Assembly: GCA_043228905.1 (NCBI GenBank)
Contig: JBHGNT010000005.1
Coordinates: forward strand, 11,966,001-12,030,000
DNA length: 64,000 bases
Direction of reading: 5' to 3'
Origin: Azolla caroliniana
Lineage: Eukaryota > Plantae > Polypodiophyta
A program made the translations under genes and the position numbers. A model generated the notes under the pieces. The model saw only the letters and a list, made by a program, of their open reading frames with translations, did no database searches and was not told the origin of the DNA. Within the stretch, counting starts at the first letter, position 1; each line of letters starts with the position of its first letter. Below, piece by piece: positions 21,131 through 34,545 of the stretch.

Positions 21131-23757
21131 ACACAGAAACATATTACAAATGTTCAACATAGATTAAAACTCTCGACACAAGAATAGAGTATAAGCAACA
21201 AAGATATTCTATTAAGAGATGTGAACTTAATACATTGATACAACCGATTAGTTTTTACATCTTTCCATGTTCCTTTTTATAGGGAGCATGGCAGTTATGT
21301 CTAGACGTGAATGTCTACTACTTCCACGAATTATATTACGGACGTTTCTTTTTCCTTCTAGCTCCCTGTCCGGCCCCACCCGTCTTTGACCCAACTCATA
21401 ACCATCCTTGGCTTTTTCATACTTGGATCGTCCTGACCGACCAACACACATGTCATTTCCCATACTTATGTGTTTAGGCACACCCATTTTATTCTAGACA
21501 TGTGATTCAAACAATCAAAATCAATGTGCCATTATTCTGAAATTTTCAAATGCGGTCACAATATAAATGCATTGTAATATCATTACATGTGTCATGGAGA
21601 TTATGACCAGGTAGTGGCATTTCAACTTTTGATGCAAAATCATTTTGTGCAAATTTTCCATTGTTATTATCACTTTGACAATGTCCACAATCTCCATTGT
21701 GTGCACAAATTGTTTATCATATGTATTATGTTCATTGCATTTTTGTTCCAACTCTTCCTGTATTGCTTTGTCAATCAAATCTTCCATCTTGACTGTTACT
21801 AAACATAACAACTCAATCAATTTGTAGTTGCCAACATGACCACAACGGCAATAGAGACCAGCCATTAACACCTCACGAACATGATGGAGTTGCTTAGGTG
21901 GCACTAGAAAGCAATGTATGTCTTAACAATTATCAATTGGAGAAAGATAGCAACATCCTCCAACCAACCAATTACATGAGCATTGCTCCAACAATAAGAG
22001 AAGGTTATTTTAGCTACCCCCTCTCACTTCATATGCAAGACATGGGAGTGATGTGCACTTAGCCAATGTGTAATCTAGTTCCATTCAGTGCCTAATAACT
22101 TTTACATCTCAACTCTATTGTATAAGGATGATGCACTAGTTCATTCAAGCAACAAGGTAATTATACCCATTGTCATATCACTATATTATGACACTATATA
22201 CAAAATACAACCCAACAAGTTCCACCCACAATCAAGAGACTAGCAACACTCCATTTTCACTTTGCCTAGCCATGACATGGTGACCTTGGCAAATATTGAC
22301 ATATCACAACTTGAGATGCTCATGAGGATCTTGACAATCACAACATTCCTAGATGTCACAACATGAGCCCCATTTGAATGGTGTGCCATGGTGGAACCTC
22401 CTATGCTTGTATAATGGCTACCAATGCTCGTAAGTGTGGGCTAGCAAGCTAAAAATTGTGGATGCAACAAGGGAGGGTGGGCATGGGGACATGAGAGTTT
22501 ACATTCTTGCATATTGGGTCATGAATGGGTAAAATGGTGTCTCGATGGAGCGAACCAATGTAGGCAAATAGGATCCATCTATGGATGATGACATGTGAGT
22601 TACACTTCGACTTGGTGTACCATGCACTTGGTCTAGGCCAACATGCTGTATTGACAATTATTGGTTTTTGTGAATGTTGGAAGTTGCAAATAAATGACAC
22701 ACCATGTGTAACATATCAAAGTTGCCCAAATGACATAGTTGTATCGAATTAATATAATTCCTCTTCTTCCCAAATGTTGGAAGTTTGAAGTGAGCGTTAG
22801 TGTAAACACAAAAAAAGAAAAAATAAAGTGTAACTATCTATTGGGTTAATACAATTCCTCTTCTCCTATTCGTATGTGCAAACAAAGTGTGCAATTGAGT
22901 GTTTGTGGTTTGGAGTGCTAATCAAAGTGTGGTGTGGCTTAAAGTTGTTAGTCATTTCCCCGATTCCTCTCTTCACGATCATTCCTTGGTTTGTGCAACG
23001 TGTCCACAAAAGAGTTCATCAGCAAGAGGCAAGAGCAAAGTGGTCCAATGTAGAGTGCTGTGCCCTCCTCTAAAATAACTCGGGAGTAGGATAGTCCTTG
23101 GGTAATATAAACTCAAGCTAACCCTCCGATACTCTGACAGCAGTCCTTGGGTAATATAAACTCAGTCAACAAATTTGAAACTCTGCAATAAAAATAAAAA
23201 TAAAAAAACCACCAACTGTCTACACAGACGATCATGGATGGCAAACACTAGAAATGTGAGCCCAAGAAATGCTTAGCAAGGGATACTTCTGAGTTCCAAA
23301 TACTCAAATAACAGGTACATGTGCATGCCAAACATCTGGCGATAAAAAGGACGCTGTAGAAGAAGAATAGAACTTTCAGAAAGGCCATAAACATTCTAAA
23401 TATCAGGCACAATAAAGTATTGGATGTCAGTTGTTTTGCTCAAAGCTACAAGATCCAGCAAGAGATTCCCTTGATAGCATCAACTTAGTGTTCAACGTTA
23501 TTCTTCCATCCGCAATCAAGATACTCTAATCAAACATATGAGATTTCCAGAATCTTACATCAACAATAGTGACCCTTGCGAGTATATCATTATTCCAATT
23601 CCCAACAAAATTCCCTTCTTGACAGAATAATTAAGCTGGAGATAACAGGTTGAATTTGACAAATTCTTAGACTATACACAACATAAACAGCCATCACAGA
23701 TTGCACTCACTCGAGCTCTTCTAATGAATAAACGTTCTACATGTGGTACAACAGATA

Positions 23758-26700
23758 TCAGACTGGAAATGTTATAATTTTTCGACGAATAATTTTTCTA
23801 TCTACGTCTTTTAGAATCGGATTCCCTTGCATTAGCCGTTGCCTTAGCTTCTTTGTCTCTAGATCTGCAGACTCTCCAATAACCTACAAAGTGAATAGAT
23901 ACTACAGTTTCTAATAACCTCTTGTACAATATCTAGAACTTAAATGTCATTTTGGCAAGAATCTCAGCATCTTATAATAACCATATTACTATCATAGACT
24001 ACAATAACATAGGTAACATTACCTCCACAAAGTTGTTGATATGTCCATCCTTGTTGGGTTGTGTCAATGGCTCTTCAGGGTTGGTCAACCAATTACCATC
24101 AACCACGTATTTATATTCATATTTCCCAACCTGTAGCATATGTCCCTATATATCACCAACTGAAGCAAAAATTTGTACCTGATAATTAATATCACCAAGC
24201 TATAGCTTACAAGTAGTTCACGCTGTAATATCCAGCGATTCTTAGTCGGCATAAATGTCAACGGTAGAGTCTACAATGAATAATAATAATAATAAATCAA
24301 ATAATTAGGCAAGAGGTAGCTTAGTTCTCACTGTTTAGAAACCCATAAGAATAAAGTAAATACTATTCTAGTACATGCATTAAATTGTAAAACTAGAGAG
24401 TCAGTGAGTATCTTTTTCTCCCTACAGAGTAAAGAATAGTGGCTCCAGATTTTTGGGTATGCCCTTAGCAAAACCACAACTACCTAGCTTCAATTGGTTG
24501 CAACTAGGTAGCTTGGTCACGTTGATGAATGTTGGTTCTCACTCCCCATTGATCAGATACAAGACTGACTAGTATGTTCTCGACAAGCCTGCAAGTCCCT
24601 AGGTTCTCCTAGTTGAGGCCAAATAGTTCGTTCTGCTAGAACACACTAATCCTGTCTCCTATCTAAACATTGATATGAAAAGGCCAAACTTTGGAGATAC
24701 TCAACAAAGGGAATGCAAACTATGATTATTGGAATTTTGTATTGGTTGAAATGGGTGAGAGTTATGACTATTTATAGGTAGCAGAAGTGACCTTTGGCAT
24801 GGTAACTTATGCGAACCTTCAATCTTAAAAACCACATAAAAGAATACTCTTTTTTAATAATGACTCCAAGGCCCAATATTTTAGCAGTACATAACATGTA
24901 TTTAGTGAATTTTAAAGCTTCTGAATCCAAAGAAAGCATATCCAAGATAAGCACTTCCAAAATCACAGCAGTTGGCACAACAAGGAGATGAATTGTAGTG
25001 TGATAAGGCATGTGAGGATTCCTACAAATCATTTGAAAATATAGACAAGTGGATAGTATCTCATAATTGTGTTATCACAAAGTGGAATTGTTATATTATT
25101 TACTATGAGATGAATGGATGTGTTGATACTTCATATCATAGGCAGTTTCTGGTAGACTAATGTTAAGATGGTTTTCCCTCTAAGAATCAACTGCATAAAA
25201 CATCATTAGCAGATTTATCTGACCATGAAAACTTCCACCTAATAAGTTTTCCTCATTTGAGTAATGCCCCTATCAAGCATGGAAGTATGTAGCATCCATT
25301 TACACACAATGGCATGATAAGGAAAAGCTTACCATTCTCTTTGTTCCTTATTAAGTTTAGGGAAATCTTGCATGTTCAAGAAATGGAAATCATCTGCAGT
25401 GGAATCACTAGAGTTACCTGACCCCAGCCAATATCAAGGCCTGAAATCTCTACAGTTTGACAGTCATTGAACGGCCATGTTAAAATAACTGTTTCTTTTG
25501 CTGCACCGGTTAGCTGCAAATTTCAATCAGCCTTGTAAAACTTTCAAGTATGATATGACTGTGAAAAATAAAAGCAAATGCAACCTTTTGCTTCAACTCA
25601 CAAGATCACAAGTAGCATTCTTTATGGATTCCAACTTTGGAAAACATGGGCGCACACCCTGGAAGACAAACACACTGCCACTTAAGACTCCATAAAATTG
25701 AAAATAAAGGGAGAAACTTTCTTGCAGCCAATTATGCAGTTAAGAAGTACCAAGAGCAGAGAGTTTGCTTCAAGAAGCTCAAATCCCAGAAGCCAAAACA
25801 TGTATGAAAGCTGAAAATAATGCAAAATGCATCAGTCCAAAATTTAACAAGTTCCAAAAGAAAGACTTGCTAAAAATATATACTTCAAATGAGAAGATTC
25901 AAATGGAAGATCTTATTCAGCAACCAACTTAAAGATAAAGAAAAATATTCAGATTACTGATTCAACGAGGCATATTGGTATTTTGTATACTAGCCATCTA
26001 GATTTTCCCAGCATTGGCTATTACTTGGACCAATAGGAAAGTAGCATTCCTGCTATCTGCTCAGATCCTATTGGAAGGCTTTCATTTATGCTGGAAATGT
26101 AGTCATAGATAACAATCGGCAACAGTTCGGTTGGAACCGAACCGAACCGCAAAACCACGGCTTAACGGTTTCAATTGTTCGGTTCAGGTTTAGGTTTTTT
26201 AAAACGTTTCGGTTCGGTTTTAACAGCCAGAACCCGCGGTTTAAATGGTTTAACGGTTTTTTTTTTGTTTGTTTTTTTTTTAATTAAAAATTTGTAAAAA
26301 ATTTTAAAATTTGTTTTTAAATAATCTTTTCCTTTTTAGACCTTATTCTCACATTTTAGGAACATCTTAAAAAATTTTAAAATTTTAAATAATGAAATAT
26401 TATAAATTTTAAAAAATTAAAATTTTGACCTATGTTGAAAACCGAAACCGACCACGAAACCAAGGTTTTTACGGTTTAATGGTTTAACAGTTTGAAAAAA
26501 AAAAAAAAAAAAAAACGGTTCGGTTTAACGGTTCCGTAGTTCGGTTCGGTTTGGTTCAGGTTTAACAAATTTTTAACGGTTCGGTTTGGACCCTCTCAAA
26601 CCAGACCGAACCGTTGCCGATTGTTAGTCATAGATAGTCGCCAACTTAAGAATACAAATCTCTATCACAATGCCCATGTCTTTGTAACTATTCATGGATC

Positions 26701-29700
26701 ATAAGCCAGAATTCTGCATATAATCATTAACAGTAAAAATATTAATCCCAGACCTAACAAGTTCCTATATTTTCTGCCATATCTTGTCTCAGACAAAATG
26801 AGAAGTTGATAATAAGTATATATACATACTGCAACAGCAGGAGCCCTGCCAAGTCCAGCTGTACAATGGATGTATGTAATCCCTTTATTCCTCTCAATGG
26901 CTCTGTGCAATATCGCAATAACTTCGGGAAGCCTCTTCCTCAAATCAAAAGCATCAAAATCCCTAAACAAAATCTTAGATAATAAATCACATTATCATAT
27001 TAAATGTGAAGACCAAATATAATAAAATTACTTCCTTGAAAATATTATCCTAACAATAAGATTCAGTAGCATTCCCATTACTCAAGAGAGAAAAATTCAG
27101 ACTAAACAAGGGCTGCACCTTATTTCAGCACGGATATGTTCAATGCCTCCTATTTCTCTTGCCCTTTCTTGAATGGCATTTATATCCACTCCAAAATATC
27201 TTAAGTTTGAAGAATTTGAAATCAAGGTCAGACGCATATGTGAGACAATTCATAAGATTATTCTTTATTCATTGTGAGAACATTTAGAGAAATAAAGGAT
27301 ACTCAAGGTCAGGGTTTTGTTGAAGGCAAAACACTGTCTTGACTCCGATACTCTTTAAACGGTCTACATCTGAGGGAGTCTGATTTCAAGTTATAAGAAA
27401 GTTACCACTAGATCAAAATAAATTATACATGCATGATTTAATGAAATATATATTAAAATTCTTTGGAGGTGGAATTTAGCTATATAAATTTGCAAAATCA
27501 AATATTTGGGCTCAGCATACTTGGAGACATGAACCAACTATGAGATCAGGTAGAACAAAGTTGTAGTTCATTCCAAGCTCGTGCCTGTAAGTGAGAACTG
27601 TAGAAAGACCACATGAAATTCACCCTTCATTTATTCTAATTAGTACTTCACATTTTCAGACAAGTGCAGAGTAGACTACTAACCATCGAACCTCATAGAA
27701 AACAACATGTAATCAACACTACAAATTACTATTGTTTCTCTTCATCACTTTGTAATCCTGTCAAGAGAAAAAGGGAGCTGACCTGCACCCATTGCATTTG
27801 TCATAACTGAGCTGTAAGTGTCCGACTTCTCTTTTTCAGCATCATCTTTCTCTTCTGATTCCTATGCGTGCAAAAAAATGACTCTTTTGCAGCATTATTT
27901 CACCATAAAAATGCATGAATTTACACTGCTGAAATATAGGTGCAAGCTAAAGAATATGACTTCCAGCGTAAACCCAAAGCATCTCACCACTTTATTGCCT
28001 TCAACTAGGTTGTTCCTTTCTAATTCATCAACATTACGTCCTGTGCACATTGTCACCTGGCAGCAAAATAACGCTCTAAAATATGCAATTGTTCATATAC
28101 TTGCGACGTTTGCAATCAATACAAAAGACATTGTATGCATCATCTTGAAACCATGCACAACTAAAAAACTAGAGATTACATGATGTCCATACCACATCCA
28201 TCCACCAAAATAACAGAATCATGTAGCCCATGTTACTATCTCCATTTCTATACAAGAACCTCAAATTTTAAACAAAAGTGCATAGAAGGAAATTGAATCA
28301 ATGTAACAACACGTTACCGGAATCAATTATGGAGGGCCATTTAATCAGCAAGAGTATGGCTAAAAATGGTTTCTATAGCCATAACTTAGATAACTATTGG
28401 TCACAACTTAAATCCATTCTATAGTTCAGCATTTATCAAAATAGATATGTTCCTCAAAATAGACCTAGTAGAGGGAAAATAGCCTTTTTCTATTTATATT
28501 GCAAACCTAGTTAGACATCCTTCACATGAAAATAAGAAATTCCAGGCATTGGATTTGAGAACATAATCAGTTGGAAGTTAAAGATGCATGATTTTAAAGA
28601 CATGTGAGGAATAAGCAATTTTTCCCTCACTAACAAATGGAACTTACCTTCTCCATCGTACTTCCCATTGAAAACAAACTTAGGATTGATATGAATAAAA
28701 ATCAGCAGAGAACCAAAGAATGTAAAACTTCAAAAAATCAAAAAGGAGCAGTTGGGTTCTGATTGTAAACAAAAATCACCAGAGAATGAAAGGTTGCATC
28801 ACTCAGAAAATAAACTTACTAAATCGATCCTCTAGCATCATTTTCATGGGAAACAAAAGGATAAGGCCAAAGATGCGATTTTACACCTTCATGATGACAC
28901 AAAAATCAATTGCTGAGAGACAAAAACTAGACTGTCTATTATCCTTTCCATGGAAAAAATAAACTTTAGCCTTTCTGTATTCATAATTAATAAAGATTGA
29001 AAAGAAACTTGACTTTCTATATCATCCTTCCATATACCAAACTTAAATCCAACACTTGATCTAAAAATGTAAAGTTCTGAAAAGAACGTGAAGAACGAGA
29101 AATTTTGTGATCTGCCAAACAAAGTGAGCAATCTTGCAGCTTAGTGATCACCGAGAAAATGAAACTAGATTCCCAATCTCCCTTTCACATCAATAAGAAA
29201 GAAATTTAGATTTTCTCTATCAAACATTTGATGTACTGTGAAGGTAAGTCCAAATTTTGGATCAGAGATGCAGAATTTTGTAAAAGATTATGACAAATGA
29301 CTAATGTTGCACCTTCATAATTAAGCAAGAATTGTTTGCTGAGAAAAGAAACGTGAATTCTTCTCTAGCATCCTTGCTGAGAAAAGAGACTAAATTTAAG
29401 TCTTTGCACCATCTTAGTTAACAGAGATAGAAAGAAAAATGAAGCTTTGCGATCATTTTTCCATGGATAAAACGAACAAGCTAAATTCTTTGAGACCGTG
29501 GTAATTTGCAATTTACAGCAGGATCAGTGCACATTTATAGAAAAAGAGAACTAACCGTGAGAGGTTTCCCTTTGGAAGTGCTAGACATGAACCGATAAGA
29601 CAATAATGTTGGGGGAGAGGTATTAAAGCAGAGTTTCTCGAATCGATGAAGACTAGACAGAGAAGTTGACGATGATGACGAAGCGAACGAGAAGGAAGCA

Positions 29701-29720
29701 TTACGAAGACACGCTTCCAT
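23758..29720 (-). CDS. SEX4: Phosphoglucan phosphatase SEX4/DSP4 (chloroplast transit peptide, dual-specificity phosphatase, CBM48), 13 coding exons, about 395 aa
   Basis: GT-AG exons with consistent phases: 29720-29556, 28056-27988, 27861-27783, 27597-27521, 27379-27303, 27199-27119, 26962-26830, 25810-25751, 25658-25602, 25513-25418, 24270-24211, 24130-24023, 23883-23758. Motifs [27 protein letters not shown], catalytic [17 protein letters not shown] and [11 protein letters not shown]. Ser-rich N-terminus. The junction between the first two exons is the least certain. Confidence 0.93.
26110..26626. mobile_element. Non-autonomous hAT-type MITE in SEX4 intron 7
   Basis: 14-bp TIR TAACAATCGGCAAC / GTTGCCGATTGTTA, perfect 8-bp TSD GTCATAGA, and many subterminal AACCG/CGGTT motifs. 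Confidence 0.9.
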
Positions 29721-30012
29721 CTCAGATCTCTACTAGGTAGACAGACGGAAACAGTGTGCAGGAACTCGGGAGGAGAGAATGAGAGAGGGAGACAGAGAGA
29801 GTATATTCTGTAAAAGAAAAGGAAAATATCTCCAGCAGAAGCAGAAAGGAGATATTGTTTTTCAGTTTGATGTGGTTTTCCTCATTTGGCTGCCTTCCTT
29901 CTAACTAAAAGCAGAAAAGCAGAAAAGCGAAAAGCAAAACGCGAACCACGAAAAAGAAAATATGCAAAGGTTCCGTGACGTCTGCCCTGCCTTGCCCGCC
30001 GACTGCTCTAAC

Positions 30013-30024
30013 TACATACATACA

Positions 30025-30054
<30 letters not shown>
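30013..30054. repeat. (TACA)n microsatellite upstream of SEX4
   Basis: Direct tandem repeat. Confidence 0.85.
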
Positions 30055-30056
<2 letters not shown>

Positions 30057-31653
30057 GTATGTAGTATGTAGTATGTACATAACTCCCCTCTCACTCTGGT
30101 CTTAGAACACATACATATAAATACATTACTATTTCTCTCTCTATCTGACAGAATCTCTGGTCTTAGAAGACGTTAATCTCTCTCTAGCTACACACTCTCC
30201 CATCCAACCGAATGGAATGGGGGAGACATTCACATACATACACGCTCTCGACCCCATCCCATCCACCCTCCTCGTATCCATCCATCCATCCATCCATGGC
30301 CTTGAAATTTGAGAGCCGGAGTGGCTCCAGCTATGTAAAAACAGACCCCCCAAATCCAACACAGCCCTATGTTTGTAGACTTATTTGAAAGTGTTCTTAT
30401 CACTATCCACCCGTCAACGTATAAATAGGGATGCTTATCCAGGAGATGTGGAAAAACCAAAAGCTCTCCAAGGTGGTGGTGTTTTAGTGTTTTGACAAAC
30501 AAAATTTACATGAATCTTTCTTCTCATGCAAAAGGCAATGGTCTTCTCATGCAAAAGGCAATGGAAAAGATGCATTTCAATAGAAATGTAAGGCCTACCA
30601 AATTTGGACATTTTCCACCACCCACTCAGTTTATCTTGAAACACTTGAGATATTTTGCCTATAACAAATTTTGGGTGGTTCTAAAGTAAAACCTTTGTCT
30701 ATCATGCATTCGCTTACATACATATATTCTAGTCACCCATGCCTATGGTTTTTGCTCCGAAAGAACAAGTGTACATCCTCCAGGCCATACCAAACTCAAT
30801 CATCTTCGCCTTGGTTGGAACCTCTCTTATCTCCCACCCACTTCAATGTCACGCATGTTGTTGGGGAATGGAAATCTCTCCTTTTGCATGTTCTTGGCTA
30901 GCAAATTGAATATCACACCATTTCAATTCCAATACTTTCATTCTGTGGCCCCACACATGGGCTCTCTTTCCCCAACTCTTCAAGACTCTCACCGTTCCTT
31001 GGTTTCACAACCACCGCTTCGCCTTTATCGATCACCCTTTGGAAAAATATTACAACTCAACTAAAGGCCCTGTATGACATGGTATGCTAAATGGGAGATC
31101 GTCAAGCTCTCTCGTAGAGCCCAAAGTTTGAAGCAAATTGCATATTGTGTATGGAACATGTGAGTGTATCACACGACTTGGAGCATTTGGTTTCTTCTTT
31201 TCTTTATGCACATGCATAATAATAAAAAAGGATCTTATAAATTCAACTTCTCAAGATGTGGCCGGCTAGGGATTAGTCGAACAACATTTGATATGCCCTA
31301 GTAGCTATAAAAGGCATTTATGTGTAGATGCCATCCTAAAAAGTGGGACTTGATCAAACAAAATGGTGTTTACTTTTCGGTGCAACCAACCAATTTTGTA
31401 CCATCTCAGATTGTCTTCTGTCTCTCCTCTCACGTTCCATGGAAGAGCTAAATATTAGACCTCCTGCCGAGAAATTGTCGACACGTTAAATAAACCTTTG
31501 AATTGGAAGAATGTGAGGCCGTCTGTCCACCCAATGGGAGATTTGGATTGCGACGCGAAGAATTCTGTCACATATTTCTCGTCTCTCACTCCCAATGCTA
31601 CTTACTCTCGAATCTCTAATATCTATGTCATTTGTACTCCCAATGTTAATGTA

Positions 31654-31686
<33 letters not shown>

Positions 31687-31880
31687 TATATATCATATGT
31701 AGTAGTGTATACATATGAATATACAATGTATTGTAAATTTGTACATATATGTATGTATGTATGTATGTACATATATATATATACATACATATATGGCCAT
31801 GAGTAGGCGAAATAGGTCCCCGTTTCCTCTGGCGGCGACGAGCACGCCTCAGAAAAAAGGCCCTGTTTCTCTTGCAGACC

Positions 31881-34334
31881 ATGAAAAAAGAAAAACTTCT
31901 CCTTCAAGCTTTGTCCTCATCATGTGAAGAAGGAGGAAATTTGTCCATGCTTTTCCATCACCTCTCCTCCTCACAAACCCTCCTCTCTGCTAACACCTAT
32001 ATTCTATTACTCAGAGCTTCCATTAAAACGAAGAATCCATCTTATGCAAGACAAGTTCACGGGCACCTTCTTGAATTCGCTGACCACGAGTTCGACTCGA
32101 ACATCAATTTGGATTATGGGTTCCTCTTCGATTATTTAGTTGTAACTCTAGCAAAATGTGGTGCCGTCGATGATGCATACAAAATAGCGTGTTCTCTGGA
32201 CAATCTTAGTGTTCATTCTTGCACTGCTCTCATCGCTGCATATGCTGAATGTGGATATGGATCTAAATCCTTGGAAATGTATGAATATATGAAGGAAAAT
32301 GGTGTAGAACCTAATTCGTATACCTTTGTTGCACTCTTCAAAGCTTGTGGAGCCACACAAGACCTTGAAACTGGAAGATTTCTCCATTCTGATGCTCGTC
32401 GGAGATGCTTTACATCAAATCCATTCATCATTAACACTCTTGTAAGTATGTATGGGAAATGCGGTTCGGTTTCAGAAGCTGAAGAAGCTTTCTGCGGATT
32501 ATCACATCCTAATCCTATGTCTTGGAGTGTTATGCTCTCAGTATATGCTCAGCAAGGTCGAGGAGAAAACGCATTACTACTATATAGGCAGATGCAGGAA
32601 GAAGGTATCAGACCAAATCAGCACGCATTGACATCCATTGTTCAAGCGTGCACTATCCTATTAGAGGATGAAGAAACTGTATTTGTGAGAGAGCAACACA
32701 TAAAGCAGAAGTCATTAGAGATACTGAAGGCATTACATGCACATCCTCATATGAGAGGATGGCATCTTGATGTGGTTCTCGGAACTGCTCTTTTGAGTAT
32801 GTATGGGAAGTGTGGAGCAATAGTAGAAGCAATCCACACATTCCAGGCACTGTCGCATCGTGACCTCATTGCTTGGAATGCATTGTTATCAGTGCTTGTA
32901 GAACAAGGCCATAGCGAAAATGCTTTGGCTATCTATAGATTGATGCAAATGGAAGGGATAGCTCCTAATGAGCTCACATTCATATTCACTCTTCAGGCAT
33001 GTTGTCTTCTTATGAAGGAAGCGAAAGCTCGTGTTAGACATGAACAAAAAAAATCGATATGTTTAGGAATCGGAAAGGCATTGCATGTAGATGTAAAAAG
33101 AAAGGGATATGCATCCGATCTTGGTGTGGGCGCTGGCCTAATAAGTATGTATAGCCTCAGTGGGGTTGTTGATGAAGCAGAGGTAGTGTTCGTTGCATTA
33201 TCACATCGTGACACGGTGTTATGGAATGCAATGCTTTCAGCTTATGTTGAACAAGGATATGGAGAAAAGGCGTTCAAGTTGTATAGGCAAATGCAAGCAG
33301 AAGGAGTGAATACAAATGAAGCAACATGTGTAATTGTTCTTCAATCATGCAGCTTATTATTTGTAGAAGCTCAGTCTGCTGTCAACAAGGGGATATTAAA
33401 TAAAGATATGTGTTTGGAATTTGTGCAGGCGTTACATGCTGAAGCTCGTAGAAAAGGTATTGCATCGAATATAATTGTTGGTAACTCATTACTTAGTTTA
33501 TATGGGAAGTTTGGAGCAATCAGTGATGTCGAGAATGTATTCAGTGCATTATCACTTCCTGACATCATATCATGGACTAACTTGCTCATTGCATATGTTG
33601 AGCAAGGGCAAGGAGAGAATGCCGTATATTTGTACAAACACATGCTCAAGGAGGATGTTGATCTCGATGATGTTATACTTGTGTGTATCCTACAAGCTTG
33701 CAAAGTAACTGGGAGTTTGGACACATGTAAACAAATGCACTTCAATATAATTTCGGCGGGGTGCGATCAATACCCTTCCTTGGCAGTTTCTCTTATCAGT
33801 ACATATGGGAGTTGTGCTGATACGGTTGATGCAGAAGCCATCTTCAATAAGCTTTACATTTCTGAAATTATAACGTGGACTGCTTGCATGACTGGTCATG
33901 CTGAAGCAGGTCATTCTTTCACAAGCTTATACTTATTTGAACAGTTAAAATTAGCGGGATTTCAACCTGATGGAGTTTCATTCACAACAATTTTAGCAGC
34001 TTGTTGCCACACAGGGCTTGTTAGCGAAGGTCTTGAGTACTTTCTTTCCATGAGTAGAGACTATGGTTTAGTGTTGGAGTCATATCACTATGGAATTCTT
34101 ATCGACATGTTTGGCCGCGTTGGAGACTTTAATAAGATAGAGAATATGCTGCAGAATATATTTGTACAGACTGATATATCAGTTTGGCTATGCCTACTTG
34201 GAGCTTGTCGTTCACATGGTAACTTAGAACTCGCAAAAAGAGCATTTGATAACGCAATATGTCTACATCCTGAGCAAGGCAGTGCATATGTGTTTTTATC
34301 AAACATCTATGCAGATGGATTTCAAGACGAGTGA
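31881..34334 (+). CDS. PLS-class pentatricopeptide repeat protein with a C-terminal E domain and no DYW (about 817 aa); probable organellar RNA-editing specificity factor
   Basis: Intact ORF with repeated LVSMYGKCG / WNAMLSAY / PNxxTF motifs and the ending HYGILIDMFGRVG...WLCLLGACRSHG...AYVFLSNIYA. First ATG at 31881. An acceptor-like TTTCTCTTGCAG just before it suggests an upstream exon. Confidence 0.92.
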   Translation: MKKEKLLLQALSSSCEEGGNLSMLFHHLSSSQTLLSANTYILLLRASIKTKNPSYARQVHGHLLEFADHEFDSNINLDYGFLFDYLVVTLAKCGAVDDAYKIACSLDNLSVHSCTALIAAYAECGYGSKSLEMYEYMKENGVEPNSYTFVALFKACGATQDLETGRFLHSDARRRCFTSNPFIINTLVSMYGKCGSVSEAEEAFCGLSHPNPMSWSVMLSVYAQQGRGENALLLYRQMQEEGIRPNQHALTSIVQACTILLEDEETVFVREQHIKQKSLEILKALHAHPHMRGWHLDVVLGTALLSMYGKCGAIVEAIHTFQALSHRDLIAWNALLSVLVEQGHSENALAIYRLMQMEGIAPNELTFIFTLQACCLLMKEAKARVRHEQKKSICLGIGKALHVDVKRKGYASDLGVGAGLISMYSLSGVVDEAEVVFVALSHRDTVLWNAMLSAYVEQGYGEKAFKLYRQMQAEGVNTNEATCVIVLQSCSLLFVEAQSAVNKGILNKDMCLEFVQALHAEARRKGIASNIIVGNSLLSLYGKFGAISDVENVFSALSLPDIISWTNLLIAYVEQGQGENAVYLYKHMLKEDVDLDDVILVCILQACKVTGSLDTCKQMHFNIISAGCDQYPSLAVSLISTYGSCADTVDAEAIFNKLYISEIITWTACMTGHAEAGHSFTSLYLFEQLKLAGFQPDGVSFTTILAACCHTGLVSEGLEYFLSMSRDYGLVLESYHYGILIDMFGRVGDFNKIENMLQNIFVQTDISVWLCLLGACRSHGNLELAKRAFDNAICLHPEQGSAYVFLSNIYADGFQDE

Positions 34335-34545
34335 CATTCATCCACAATGTTATGATTTATATCCAATTTGCAATTGACATTAGCATGGGATATCTTGGAA
34401 TGTATGCTGTAAGAAAAGAACTCTCAGAAGTTCTCGTGTGGATTGAAGTCACGAATTCCAGGCATTCTATGCAATATTATACCAGGAACAAATGCACAAG
34501 GGTTGTGCTGAACGCCATTCAAGAGCACACAAAGTCCATGCATTG

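Noticed and set aside
25333-25393. Possible alternative SEX4 exon bounded by CAG and GTAAG
   Set aside because: It contains an in-frame stop and would need an implausibly short 24-nt upstream intron.
28648-28678. Possible extra SEX4 micro-exon with a strong AAG/GTAAG donor
   Set aside because: The nearest acceptor gives 31 nt, which breaks the phase between two phase-0 exons. It was left out of the model; RNA-seq would be needed.
31438-31490. Upstream ATG exon for the PPR gene
   Set aside because: Splicing at the nearest GT to the 31878 acceptor gives the wrong frame and an early stop.
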